In this document: piece by piece, positions 7,922 to 16,180 of the stretch
Position numbering within the stretch: position 1 is the stretch's first letter
Layout of the letters: every line of letters begins with the position of its first letter
Assembly: GCA_965261025.1 (NCBI GenBank)
Contig: OZ253438.1
Location: 1,170,001 to 1,202,000 of the forward strand
Reading direction: 5' to 3'
DNA length: 32,000 nt
Source: Chlamydiales bacterium
Lineage (GTDB): Bacteria; Chlamydiota; Chlamydiia; Chlamydiales; SM23-39
The notes under the pieces: generated by a model
The model's input: only the letters and a program-made list of their open reading frames with translations
Told to the model about the DNA's origin: nothing
Database searches by the model: none
Made by a program: the position numbers and the translations under genes

Positions 7922-8986
7922 ATGAAAGAGGGTAAAACATTCGCAGCTATCTTGGAAAAGCAAAAGTCTCCCCTTCTTTTAAAAGAGCTTAAACTTCCCG
8001 AATTAAAACCAGGCCAGGTTTTAGTCAAGATGCACTATAGCGGTCTTTGTAGAACCCAGATAAATGAGATTATAGGATTAAAGGGAGAGGATCATTACCT
8101 ACCGCACACTTTAGGTCATGAAGGGTCTGGGGTTGTAGTTAGTATAGGAGAGGAAGTTACTAAGGTACTCCCTGGAGATCACGTAGTGATTTCCTGGATA
8201 AAAAGTAAAGGTAGAGAAGCTTCTTCTACGCAGTATGAAGGAGAGGGGCAAAAAGTGAACTCAGGAGCAGTGAGTACCTTTTTAACCTATGCGGTTATTG
8301 CAGAAAATCGGTTGGTTTCTATCCCTAAAGATATTTGTCTAAAAGAAGCCGCTCTTTTAGGTTGCGCTTTTTGTACAGGAGCAGGTGTGATCTTAAACCA
8401 AATGAAGCTAAAAAAGGGAGAATCTTTGGCGATATGTGGATTAGGAGGTATTGGCATGAGCGCGCTTATAGCAGCTTCTATGCAGAAGGCTTTTCCTATT
8501 GTTGCAGTAGATATTTCCCGAGAAAAACTGCACAAGGCAAAAGAGCTTGGAGCTACTCATACCATCGATGCTAAAGAAGAAGGAGTTCTGGATAAAATTC
8601 GACAGATTACAGAAAAAAAGGGAGTAAATTTTTCTTTAGAATCAGCAGGTAGCTTATCTGCTATGGAACTCTCTTTTGCTTGCTTGTCTCCTGATAGGGA
8701 AGATTTTAGAAAAGGTGCTTGCTACATTGTAGGGAATGTAAAAAAACAAAGCACCATTCGGATAGATCCCTTTGATTTAATTTTGGGAAAAAAAATTTAT
8801 GGCTCCTGGGGTGGAGAAACTAACTTAGATGAAGATATTCCTAGATATTGTAAGCTCATTCAAGAAGGAAAACTTTCTTTAAAATCGCTCATCTCACACG
8901 AAGTTTCTTTAAAAAATATCAATTCTCTCATAGATCTTGCAAAGAAAAATGAGCTTCAAAGAGGTCTTGTGACTTTTTTGCAATAG
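7922..8986 (+). CDS. Zinc-dependent medium-chain alcohol dehydrogenase (MDR family)
   Basis: Catalytic Zn ligand contexts are GLCRTQ, GHEGSGVV and LLGCAFCTGAG. The NAD motif is GLGGIGMSA. The four-Cys structural-zinc loop that normally follows GDxV is absent (ISWIKSKGREASSTQYEG has no Cys). Confidence 0.8.
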   Translation: MKEGKTFAAILEKQKSPLLLKELKLPELKPGQVLVKMHYSGLCRTQINEIIGLKGEDHYLPHTLGHEGSGVVVSIGEEVTKVLPGDHVVISWIKSKGREASSTQYEGEGQKVNSGAVSTFLTYAVIAENRLVSIPKDICLKEAALLGCAFCTGAGVILNQMKLKKGESLAICGLGGIGMSALIAASMQKAFPIVAVDISREKLHKAKELGATHTIDAKEEGVLDKIRQITEKKGVNFSLESAGSLSAMELSFACLSPDREDFRKGACYIVGNVKKQSTIRIDPFDLILGKKIYGSWGGETNLDEDIPRYCKLIQEGKLSLKSLISHEVSLKNINSLIDLAKKNELQRGLVTFLQ

Positions 8987-9075
8987 AGATCTTCTTCCTC
9001 TCTTTGAAATTAAGATATCTTTTATGTTTTGCTTTTTTTAAGATACGTTTCTTATTCTTAGATTGGGAGGAGAAA

Positions 9076-9438
9076 ATGGGGAATGCTTTACAGGTTGTAG
9101 CAGAGGCAGGAAGTTTTTCAGTGGCTACTTATCTGGTAGGATCTGTTTCTCTTCCGATTGCTACAGCTGCCGGTTGCGTTTTTGCTTTGGTTTCTCGGAT
9201 TACCGAACCTTTTTTTAAACAGCGCGGGAGTCGGGAAAATAATTTTAGTGTATTTTTTTGTAATACAATGATGGCTGCCGCTTTAGTAAATTTTTTATTT
9301 GGCTCTAACCTTACTAAGGTAGTATCTTTCAACATCCTGATTTGCACAGCATTGGTCTTATTGATAATAAGGATAGCTTCGTTAGCCAAAGAATATCTTG
9401 AAGCGGGATGGGGCTTATTATCCGCTATATTGTCTTAG
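9076..9438 (+). CDS. Small hydrophobic membrane protein, unknown function (about 120 aa, 3-4 predicted TM segments)
   Basis: ATG 9076 is preceded by GGGAGGAG at 9065-9072. The track's start at 9004 is a TTG with no SD. Hydrophobic stretches include SVATYLVGSVSLPIATAAGCVFALV, FFCNTMMAAALVNFLFG and FNILICTALVLLIIRIASL. I recognise no family. Confidence 0.5.
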   Translation: MGNALQVVAEAGSFSVATYLVGSVSLPIATAAGCVFALVSRITEPFFKQRGSRENNFSVFFCNTMMAAALVNFLFGSNLTKVVSFNILICTALVLLIIRIASLAKEYLEAGWGLLSAILS

Positions 9439-9484
9439 CCATAAGTTTAGTAATTTCTAGCTATATTTGGGAAAATAGCGCTTT

Positions 9485-9679
9485 TTAAGAAACCCTAGAA
9501 GGGCTGTATTTTTCTTGTAGTAGTAGATAACTTTTTTCGATTTCCTGGCAAGAAGACAGGAGCGTCTCATGCTCTTTTAAAAGAGCAGAAAGGCTCTTAG
9601 AGGTTTTTTTTTCTTGTAGGTTTTGCAGCGATTTTTTTAGTTCATTTATTTGTTTCATAGCTTCGTTATAAGGGGTCAT
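9485..9679 (-). CDS. Small (64 aa) predicted coiled-coil protein, unknown function
   Basis: Its ATG overlaps the TGA of the upstream MFS gene (ATGA at 9676-9679). The sequence is heptad-like and rich in K/E/L/Q (NELKKSLQNLQEKK..LLKEHETLL). Coding status is supported only by this coupling. Confidence 0.4.
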   Translation of the reverse strand: MTPYNEAMKQINELKKSLQNLQEKKTSKSLSALLKEHETLLSSCQEIEKSYLLLQEKYSPSRVS

Positions 9680-10896
9680 ACTTTTTTTTGTATATACAAA
9701 ATGGCAGCAAAAAGACTGGTCAAAGAGGCAAGTAGAAATGGAATATTTACATGAATATGTGTCGTGATCGCAACCAAAGGAGAAAGTCCCATAGCTAAAG
9801 ACTGCATGGATTGGCTCATTCCTAAAATTTTTCCTTGAGTTTGTTTTCCTGCCTTTTCAGAGATTTTATTAGTACAAATAGGCCAAGAAACGCCTGCTAA
9901 GACTACACCAATTCCTAAAAGAATAACGAGGTAGGTTACCTTAGAGATAAACAGAAGGGAAAAAGTAATTATGGTGATAGCTAGAAAGGAAGTTTCCAAA
10001 AGTTTTAAAGGAGAGAAAAAGCGGAGAAGTTTTTTTACCAAAAATCCTGCTCCTACGGCCCAACAAACTCCCATAAAAGAGGAAATATCTCCTATTTCAG
10101 AGTTGGTAAATTGAAATTCTCTTACAGCTAAAACAGGGGTGAATTGCAAGAGGATATTCCAGGAAAACAGAAAGAGAAAGAAAATCAGATAAATTCTTTT
10201 TAGCTTTTCAATGGTAAGAGCTTGTTGGATATTTTGAAAACTTTCTAAAAGGTGAAATTTCTGTTTTGTATTATGAGGATGTGTTTCTTCAAAACCAAAG
10301 AGGAGAAAAAAGAGATTAAAAAGGCAACAAAAAGCAGCGATCCAAAAGGGAAGCACTTCACTAAAGTAGGGATTTAAAGTAGAATCAGAAAATTTTCCTC
10401 CTAAAAAAGTACCAAGAATAAAGGAGAGTCCCGCTAGCATAGCTAGGTAACCAAATCCTTTTGTTCTCTTGGATCCTTCTTCTGATAAATCCGCAATAGA
10501 AGCTAAACAAATAGAGAGATTCCCAGAAAAAATACCACTCAAGAGCCTTCCTATAAGAAGAAGCCATAAAAGCTTTTCTTTTATACCAAAAGCGCTAAGA
10601 ACAAGACCTAAAAAAGTAAAGCCAACTGTTAAAATAAAGGCCTTTTTTCTACCCACTTTATCCGCATATTCTCCGATTAAAGGAGCTCCGAAAAATTGTC
10701 CTATAGGAAAAATAGCTAGAAAAATTCCTAAAAGAGTAGTGCGAGTGGCTAAAGAAACACTTTCAGAAAATAAAAGGTTTTTAGGATCAAGAAAAAAAGG
10801 AGCAAAGATGGGAAAAACAATAGACCAACTAAGATTGTCTACAAAAAAGGTAAGATAAACTGAAGGTAAGGTTAGTTTTTTCCTTTTAGTATGCAT
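9676..10896 (-). CDS. Major facilitator superfamily transporter (DHA1 / drug:H+ antiporter-like)
   Basis: About 12 hydrophobic segments. MFS motif A is GEYADKVGRKKAF, located between TM2 and TM3. 406 aa. Confidence 0.85.
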   Translation of the reverse strand: MHTKRKKLTLPSVYLTFFVDNLSWSIVFPIFAPFFLDPKNLLFSESVSLATRTTLLGIFLAIFPIGQFFGAPLIGEYADKVGRKKAFILTVGFTFLGLVLSAFGIKEKLLWLLLIGRLLSGIFSGNLSICLASIADLSEEGSKRTKGFGYLAMLAGLSFILGTFLGGKFSDSTLNPYFSEVLPFWIAAFCCLFNLFFLLFGFEETHPHNTKQKFHLLESFQNIQQALTIEKLKRIYLIFFLFLFSWNILLQFTPVLAVREFQFTNSEIGDISSFMGVCWAVGAGFLVKKLLRFFSPLKLLETSFLAITIITFSLLFISKVTYLVILLGIGVVLAGVSWPICTNKISEKAGKQTQGKILGMSQSMQSLAMGLSPLVAITTHIHVNIPFLLASLTSLFAAILYIQKKV

Positions 10897-10959
10897 GGTT
10901 TTCTTTGTCTTTTTGCTTCTTTACCCTTTAGCAAAAAGAAAAAATAAAAAGAAGAGGTT

Positions 10960-11481
10960 TTATAGTTCCTTATTTTTTTTATGCCTTCTGATGTGCAAAA
11001 TGAGGAGAATTAAAATGGCCAAAAGAAGAACCGGAATAGAAAAAACGTAGAAGAACTTTATAGCAATGGCAACAATGAGAGCAAAAACTCCTAAGGTAAA
11101 ACCTACTAAAAGAAAGGACCACTCGACATAGATTCCAATAGTGAATACCGTCAATGCTAACAAAGTTAAAGCAATAAGGCCAGCCAAAGACCTACTAAGA
11201 AGCCCTGTTTGTACATACATTTCTAATAGAAACACCGCTGCTAAAAGTCCCACCCAATGTAGCAGCTCATGCCAAAGGGTAATGGGGGTTATGGTTTCTT
11301 TTTTTCTTTTTTCATACCAAGAAAGCCAAAGGGCCAGAAGGGCATTTACTGGAATAATCCATTTCCAGTAGCTCCATCCTCCCACTGCCTTAATATCTGT
11401 TAAGACAACCCCTATAAAAGCTAAGATAAGCATGAAAATAGCTGTAGTAAGTCTTGCTCCCCAAGGATGTTTTGGTTTCAT
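10960..11481 (-). CDS. Multi-pass membrane protein, unknown function
   Basis: ATG 11481 (MKPKHPWGARL..) is preferred over the track's TTG at 11538. There are five or more hydrophobic segments and a basic C-terminal tail (HIRRHKKNKEL). It lies downstream of ung on the same strand. Confidence 0.55.
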   Translation of the reverse strand: MKPKHPWGARLTTAIFMLILAFIGVVLTDIKAVGGWSYWKWIIPVNALLALWLSWYEKRKKETITPITLWHELLHWVGLLAAVFLLEMYVQTGLLSRSLAGLIALTLLALTVFTIGIYVEWSFLLVGFTLGVFALIVAIAIKFFYVFSIPVLLLAILILLILHIRRHKKNKEL

Positions 11482-11541
11482 GGTATATAGTAAACCCTTT
11501 TTTTTGATTGTCTTTTTCAAAAGGTAAAAAAGCAACAAAAT

Positions 11542-12231
11542 CTAGCTTGAAAGAGCCCAACGGATTGGTTTAATTCCTTTTTTTTCCAGATAACAATTTG
11601 TTTTTGAAAAAGGTTTAGAGCCAAAAAAGCCAAAAGAAGCAGAATAAGGAGAAGGGTGGGCCGAGGAAAGAACGAGGTGATCTTTAGGAATTTTTGCTAA
11701 GATCCTTTCGCACTTTTCTTGAGCTGATTTTCCCCAAAGGAGGAAAACCAAAGAATCTTTCTTTTCTGCTAAAAGCTGAATGACTCGATCAGTAAAAATT
11801 TCCCATCCTTTTCCATAGTGAGATCTAGGTTCTTTTTCTCTCACCGTTAAAGTAGCGTTGAGAAGAAGCACTCCTTCTTTGGCCCAACCCAGTAAAGAGC
11901 CTTGCTTTGGAGGAGGAATGTGTAGATCCTCTTCTAATTCTTTGAAAATGTTTTTTAAAGAAGGGGGAAAAGGAGTGCCTTCTTGTACGCTAAAAGAAAG
12001 GCCGTGAGCTTGGTCTTTTCCATGGTAAGGATCTTGTCCTAAAAGAACCACTTTTACCGCATCAAAAGGGGTTTGACAAAAGGCGTTAAAAAGGAGAGAA
12101 GAAGGGGGATAAAGGAGTTTTCCTTCTTTTATTTCTTTTCGCAAGAAATCTTGAAGATCTTTCATGTAAGGCATTTTCCACTCTTTCTCCAAAAGGTGGG
12201 CCCATTTTTGTTCCATATAAAAAGGAGTCAT
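11542..12231 (-). CDS. ung: Uracil-DNA glycosylase, family 1
   Basis: VVLLGQDPYHGKDQAHGLSFSV (water-activating Asp loop), GVLLLNATLTV and the C-terminal HPSPYSA His motif. Its ATG overlaps the TGA of the upstream epimerase gene (ATGA at 12228-12231). Confidence 0.92.
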   Translation of the reverse strand: MTPFYMEQKWAHLLEKEWKMPYMKDLQDFLRKEIKEGKLLYPPSSLLFNAFCQTPFDAVKVVLLGQDPYHGKDQAHGLSFSVQEGTPFPPSLKNIFKELEEDLHIPPPKQGSLLGWAKEGVLLLNATLTVREKEPRSHYGKGWEIFTDRVIQLLAEKKDSLVFLLWGKSAQEKCERILAKIPKDHLVLSSAHPSPYSASFGFFGSKPFSKTNCYLEKKGIKPIRWALSS

Positions 12232-13163
12232 ATATTTTTAAATTCACTTCTTTTCAAAAGAGGATAAGCAAATACCATCTCTTGAATTCCCTCTTCTAAA
12301 GTTTTTGTAGGAGCCCAACCGAGAGATTCTAGCTTTTCATTGCTTACGATATAGTTTCTTTGATCTGGATCTTTCCCTATAGGAGCAGAGTGAATATATA
12401 GGTCAGGAACATATCTTTGTATCGTTTCTGCTAGTTCTTTTTTACTGAGATTTGCAGAACTTAACCCTACATTAAAAGCCTCAGCTCTCATTCTATCAAA
12501 GTTTTGTATAGCAAATAGAAAAGCTCTAGCTACGTCTTTTACGTGGATGTAGTTTCTTTTGAAATGCTCTTCGAAAAGAACTAGAACCTTGTCATGACAG
12601 GCGCGAAAAGTAAAGTCATTGACCAAAAGATCGAGACGCATTCTGGGAGATATCCCAAACACAGTAGCGAGTCTTAAAGAAACGGCTTGCTTTGTTTGTA
12701 GTAACTTTTTTTCTATATCTACTTTGAGTTTTCCATATAAAGAAACGGGGTTTAACGGAGTTTTTTCGGTGCAGAAAAGATTGTTTTGCCCTAGCCCATA
12801 CCCGCTATTGCTATTTGGAAACACTATTTTTTTCTCTTTTGTCATATAGCGCAAAATCAGCTCAATAGCGTCGTAATTTACAAGCTTTGCCAAAGAAGGA
12901 GAGGCTTGGCAAATAGGGGCTCCTACTAAAGCCGCTAGAGGAAGAATGATATCTGCTTCTTCAACTAGATGAGCAAGAAGAGGTTCATTTTGTACTTCCC
13001 CTTTTATAAAACGAAAATGAGGACTGGCAAAGCAACAAAGAAGGGAGGTGGGTGTATACAAAAGAGAATCCAAAACAGTAACGAAAAACCCTTCTTCTAA
13101 AAGAAGAGGAACCATTACGGAGCCTATGTATCCTGCTCCCCCTGTTACTAAGATATGTTGCAT
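12228..13163 (-). CDS. NAD-dependent nucleotide-sugar epimerase/dehydratase/reductase (extended SDR)
   Basis: ILVTGGAGYIGS Rossmann motif and YGKLK (YxxxK). 311 aa. It overlaps the upstream nucleotidyltransferase gene by 16 nt. Confidence 0.85.
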   Translation of the reverse strand: MQHILVTGGAGYIGSVMVPLLLEEGFFVTVLDSLLYTPTSLLCCFASPHFRFIKGEVQNEPLLAHLVEEADIILPLAALVGAPICQASPSLAKLVNYDAIELILRYMTKEKKIVFPNSNSGYGLGQNNLFCTEKTPLNPVSLYGKLKVDIEKKLLQTKQAVSLRLATVFGISPRMRLDLLVNDFTFRACHDKVLVLFEEHFKRNYIHVKDVARAFLFAIQNFDRMRAEAFNVGLSSANLSKKELAETIQRYVPDLYIHSAPIGKDPDQRNYIVSNEKLESLGWAPTKTLEEGIQEMVFAYPLLKRSEFKNI

Positions 13164-13867
13164 AAGTTAGAAAGTGCGGTTTGTGCTTGTTGAAAGGATT
13201 TTTCTGTTCCTATATCGACAAAAGTCTTATCGCAAGGATACATAAAGAAACGCTTTTGTAAACAAAGGGGAAATACCTCTTTTTCCAAAGAAAAAGAAGG
13301 AGATTCAAAAGGCAAATCGGAAAAAAGGCTCTTTCGAAAAAGATAGGTACCACAGCTAATCCATCCTTTTTCTGAAAAAGGGATCTTCTCTTCAAAAGAA
13401 AGAATTTGGGAAGTAGTAGGATCTATGCTTACAGTTCCATATCTACTAGTGTCTTCCATTTGTTTTCCTAAAAGGGAAATGTCTGCTTTTTTTTCTAAAA
13501 AGCTTTGGTAGAATCCCTTTAGAGAATAGTCTGTAAAACAGTCCCCATTAGTAGCAAGTACATGAGGGGTTTTTACTAAATTCAAAGCTCTTTTTAAAGC
13601 ACCGCCCGTTCCCAAAGGGGTCTCTTCTATAGAAAAATAGAGGGGAAATGAGGTTTCTTTAAAGTGTTCCAAGATTTTCCCTGCTTTATATCCCACAGCC
13701 AGGATAATCCTACCTACCGAAGAAAAGGAGGCGAGCTGGTTTATCAAAAGATCCAAAAAAGGAATTCCTCGAATGGGAGCAAGGGGTTTAGGGACGGAAG
13801 AAACAACTTTTTGCAGACGAGTTCCGAATCCCCCTGCCAAAATAATAGCGTCTGTTTTATTTGTCAT
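13148..13867 (-). CDS. Sugar-1-phosphate nucleotidyltransferase (HddC / mannose-1-P guanylyltransferase-like)
   Basis: AIILAGGFGTRLQ..PKPLAPI signature (GxGTRL). 239 aa. ATGA overlap with the kinase gene at 13864-13867. Confidence 0.85.
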   Translation of the reverse strand: MTNKTDAIILAGGFGTRLQKVVSSVPKPLAPIRGIPFLDLLINQLASFSSVGRIILAVGYKAGKILEHFKETSFPLYFSIEETPLGTGGALKRALNLVKTPHVLATNGDCFTDYSLKGFYQSFLEKKADISLLGKQMEDTSRYGTVSIDPTTSQILSFEEKIPFSEKGWISCGTYLFRKSLFSDLPFESPSFSLEKEVFPLCLQKRFFMYPCDKTFVDIGTEKSFQQAQTALSNLCNIS

Positions 13868-14868
13868 AAGTCCTTCCTATAAATCAGAGAGCTTCCCTCT
13901 TTTTCTAAGGAAAAGGGAACCGCAAAAAGAGGACGAAGTGCTTCTTTTACCTCCATCTTCTTGGAAGGGGGAACCATTAGTAACAAGAAACCGCTCTGCC
14001 CTGCTCCACAAAGCTTCCCTCCTAAAGCTCCTGCTTTCCTTGCTTTTTCGTAATACAGATTAATCGTTTCGTTAGAAATTTGAGAAGAAAGTTTTTGTTT
14101 TAACTGCCAGCTATAGTCTAAAAGTTCGGCAAGTTTCTCCGGGAAAAAGAGCTCCTTTTGTTCTAGGAAAATTTTTTTTGCTTCGTATACCAAGGAAACC
14201 ATCGTTTCTAAAAAGGAATCATTTTTATTTTCTTTTGTATTTTGAATTTGCTCTTGGATTACTTTTTCTGCAAATCGTGTGGTTCCTGTATAAAAAAGCA
14301 TCAGATGTTCCATAAAGCAAAGGCGTTTTTCCTCAGGGATAGGTAGGGGAAAAACCTCTATTCCCTTAGGGGAAAATTCCATTAGGTTGCATCCTCCAAA
14401 AGAGGCATGGTATTGATCTTGGGATCCCACTTTTTCTCGAATCATCTGTTGTTCTACAAAGCAAGCCTCTTTAGCTAAAAGATTTTTAGAAATGTTTCTT
14501 CCTTGTAGAGCTGCTAAAGCGTGTAGAAATCCAACCGTAAAAGAAGAAGAGGAGCCAAGACCTGTTCTGGCGGGAAGATCCGAGCAAATATGAACATCTA
14601 AAGGCTCTTCTAACTTATAAAAACGGAGGCATTCTCGAATACTGGGATGCTCAATCTCTTCCAGGGAATTTACGGCCTCTACTTTGGAGTAAGATAGGCG
14701 CATCTTGTGCGGAAAAAAAGGGCTTGTTTTTTTCACGGTAACGTAGGTGTATTGATCTATAGTAGTTCCTAAGATAGCTCCTTTTTTTCTTAAGTAGTAT
14801 TCTGTATAGTCAGAACCTCCTCCGAAAAAACTAATCCTTACAGGAGTTTTAGAAATCACCAAAACCAT
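13864..14868 (-). CDS. GHMP-family sugar kinase (HddA / heptose-7-phosphate-kinase-like)
   Basis: N-terminus is KTPVRISFFGGGSDY. GHMP ATP motif is LPARTGLGSSSSFTVGF. 334 aa. It is the first gene of the minus-strand operon. Confidence 0.85.
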   Translation of the reverse strand: MVLVISKTPVRISFFGGGSDYTEYYLRKKGAILGTTIDQYTYVTVKKTSPFFPHKMRLSYSKVEAVNSLEEIEHPSIRECLRFYKLEEPLDVHICSDLPARTGLGSSSSFTVGFLHALAALQGRNISKNLLAKEACFVEQQMIREKVGSQDQYHASFGGCNLMEFSPKGIEVFPLPIPEEKRLCFMEHLMLFYTGTTRFAEKVIQEQIQNTKENKNDSFLETMVSLVYEAKKIFLEQKELFFPEKLAELLDYSWQLKQKLSSQISNETINLYYEKARKAGALGGKLCGAGQSGFLLLMVPPSKKMEVKEALRPLFAVPFSLEKEGSSLIYRKDL

Positions 14869-14980
14869 AGCAAAAAGCAGTTGGGTAAAGAGCCATGGTA
14901 GCTTTCACGATTTTTTTATCCAAATCTTATTTATTTTTTGCTAATGTCTCTCTTTAGTTAGGAGGAGAGGGCTGGTTTTT
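14869..14980. promoter_or_regulatory. Divergent intergenic region (kinase operon on minus, C-methyltransferase/fcl-like/gmd operon on plus), including a strong SD for the plus-strand gene
   Basis: Back-to-back starts. GGAGGAGAGG at 14961-14970 lies 10 nt before GTG 14981. I found no confident -35/-10 elements by eye. Confidence 0.35.
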
Positions 14981-16180
14981 GTGTTTTGTAGAGTCTGTGA
15001 TAAAAGAGATTTTCGTTTAGTAGTAGATCTGAAAGAGCAACCTTGGGGGAATCATTTTTTGCAAAAAGAAGAGTTGGGAAAAGAACAAAAATATCCTCTT
15101 CGTCTTGTTTATTGCGAAAGTTGTTCTACTGTGCAACTAGACCATACGGTAAAAAAGGAAATCCTGTTTTTAGACCACACGTATCTTTCTGGTATGACTC
15201 AGACCTTAAAAAGACATTTTTCTAAGGAGGCTCAAAGAGTAGATAATCGATTTTTCTCTAAAAAAAAGAAAAAGAGAGTTCTCGATATAGGTTCCAATGA
15301 TGGTACGCAGTTACGCTTTTATAAGGAGATGGGATATGAAGTAGTGGGAGTGGAGTCTTCTAAAAAAGCGGCAGAGATTGCTTCAAAAGAGGGAATCTAC
15401 ACTATTTGTGATTTCTTTAACTTTGACCTTGCCAGGAAAATAGGAGGTTTTTTTGACGTAATCAATGCAGCAGGAGTTTTTTTTCACCTAGAAGAACTTC
15501 ATTCAGTTTGTGAGGGTATTCGTTATCTTTTGGAGGAAAAAGGGGTTTTTATCATTCAATGCATGTATATGAAAAACATCGTAGAAAAGGGGGCTTTTGA
15601 TCAGATTTATCATGAGCATCTTCTTTATTATACGGTTCGCTCTTTAACTACCCTTTTAAAAAGGCATGGATTGGAGCTTTTTGAGGTGGAAGTAAATCCT
15701 ATTCATGGAGGGTCTTTGATAGCCTATGCTTCGCATAAAGGAAGCTTTCCTATTCTTTCTTCTTTGCTGGCTTTAGAAAAAGAGGAAGAGCAACAGGGGT
15801 GTAACACCTATGAATACTACCAAAGATTTGCTGAGAAAATACAGGTCCTCAAAGAGGAAAATCTTCGATTTTTTTCTGAGGCAAAAAAAGAGGGAAAAAC
15901 GATTTATGGTATGGGAGCTCCTGTAAAAGGCAATACCCTTTTAAACTACTTTGGGATAGGAACAGAATATATTTCCTATTTGGTAGAAAAAAATCCTTTA
16001 AGGAAGGGATTGTATAGTCCTGGTATGCATATTCCCATAATTTTGGAGGAGGATCTGACTACAGTTCCAGATATCTACTACGTGTTGGCATGGAATTTTA
16101 AGCAGGAAATTTTGCAAAGGCACCTCGATCTTGTAAAAAGAGGAATTCAATTTCATTTTCCTATAGGTGGAAGCACATGA
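14981..16180 (+). CDS. Zn-ribbon C-methyltransferase (NDP/GDP-sugar C-methyltransferase type), paralogue of 412-1674
   Basis: GTG start with a strong SD. CRVC ... CESC zinc-ribbon pair. SAM motif I is VLDIGSNDGTQL. YHEHLLYY and the C-terminal Methyltransf_14-like domain are present. 4-nt overlap with the next gene. Confidence 0.8.
   Translation: MFCRVCDKRDFRLVVDLKEQPWGNHFLQKEELGKEQKYPLRLVYCESCSTVQLDHTVKKEILFLDHTYLSGMTQTLKRHFSKEAQRVDNRFFSKKKKKRVLDIGSNDGTQLRFYKEMGYEVVGVESSKKAAEIASKEGIYTICDFFNFDLARKIGGFFDVINAAGVFFHLEELHSVCEGIRYLLEEKGVFIIQCMYMKNIVEKGAFDQIYHEHLLYYTVRSLTTLLKRHGLELFEVEVNPIHGGSLIAYASHKGSFPILSSLLALEKEEEQQGCNTYEYYQRFAEKIQVLKEENLRFFSEAKKEGKTIYGMGAPVKGNTLLNYFGIGTEYISYLVEKNPLRKGLYSPGMHIPIILEEDLTTVPDIYYVLAWNFKQEILQRHLDLVKRGIQFHFPIGGST

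Noticed and set aside
9076-9093. N-terminal MGNALQ of the small membrane protein, considered as a eukaryotic N-myristoylation signal
   Set aside because: The usual consensus prefers Ser/Thr at position 6, and here it is Gln. The idea rests on a single Gly2 and is not supportable.
9460-9486. Possible bidirectional terminator between convergent genes (GCTAT-10 nt-ATAGC followed by GCTTTTT)
   Set aside because: The stem is only 5 bp with a 10-nt loop, too weak to call an intrinsic terminator by eye.
10469-10858. 129-aa plus-strand ORF, Lys/Pro-rich, antisense to the MFS transporter gene
   Set aside because: Its composition is simply the reverse complement of Phe/Leu/Gly-rich TM codons. There is no start context and no family resemblance.
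10910-10937. AT-rich stem TTTTTGC / GCAAAAA with a 14-nt loop between the membrane-protein gene and the MFS gene
   Set aside because: The loop is large and the stem is almost all A-T. There is no U-tract on the transcribed (minus) strand, so it is probably not a terminator.
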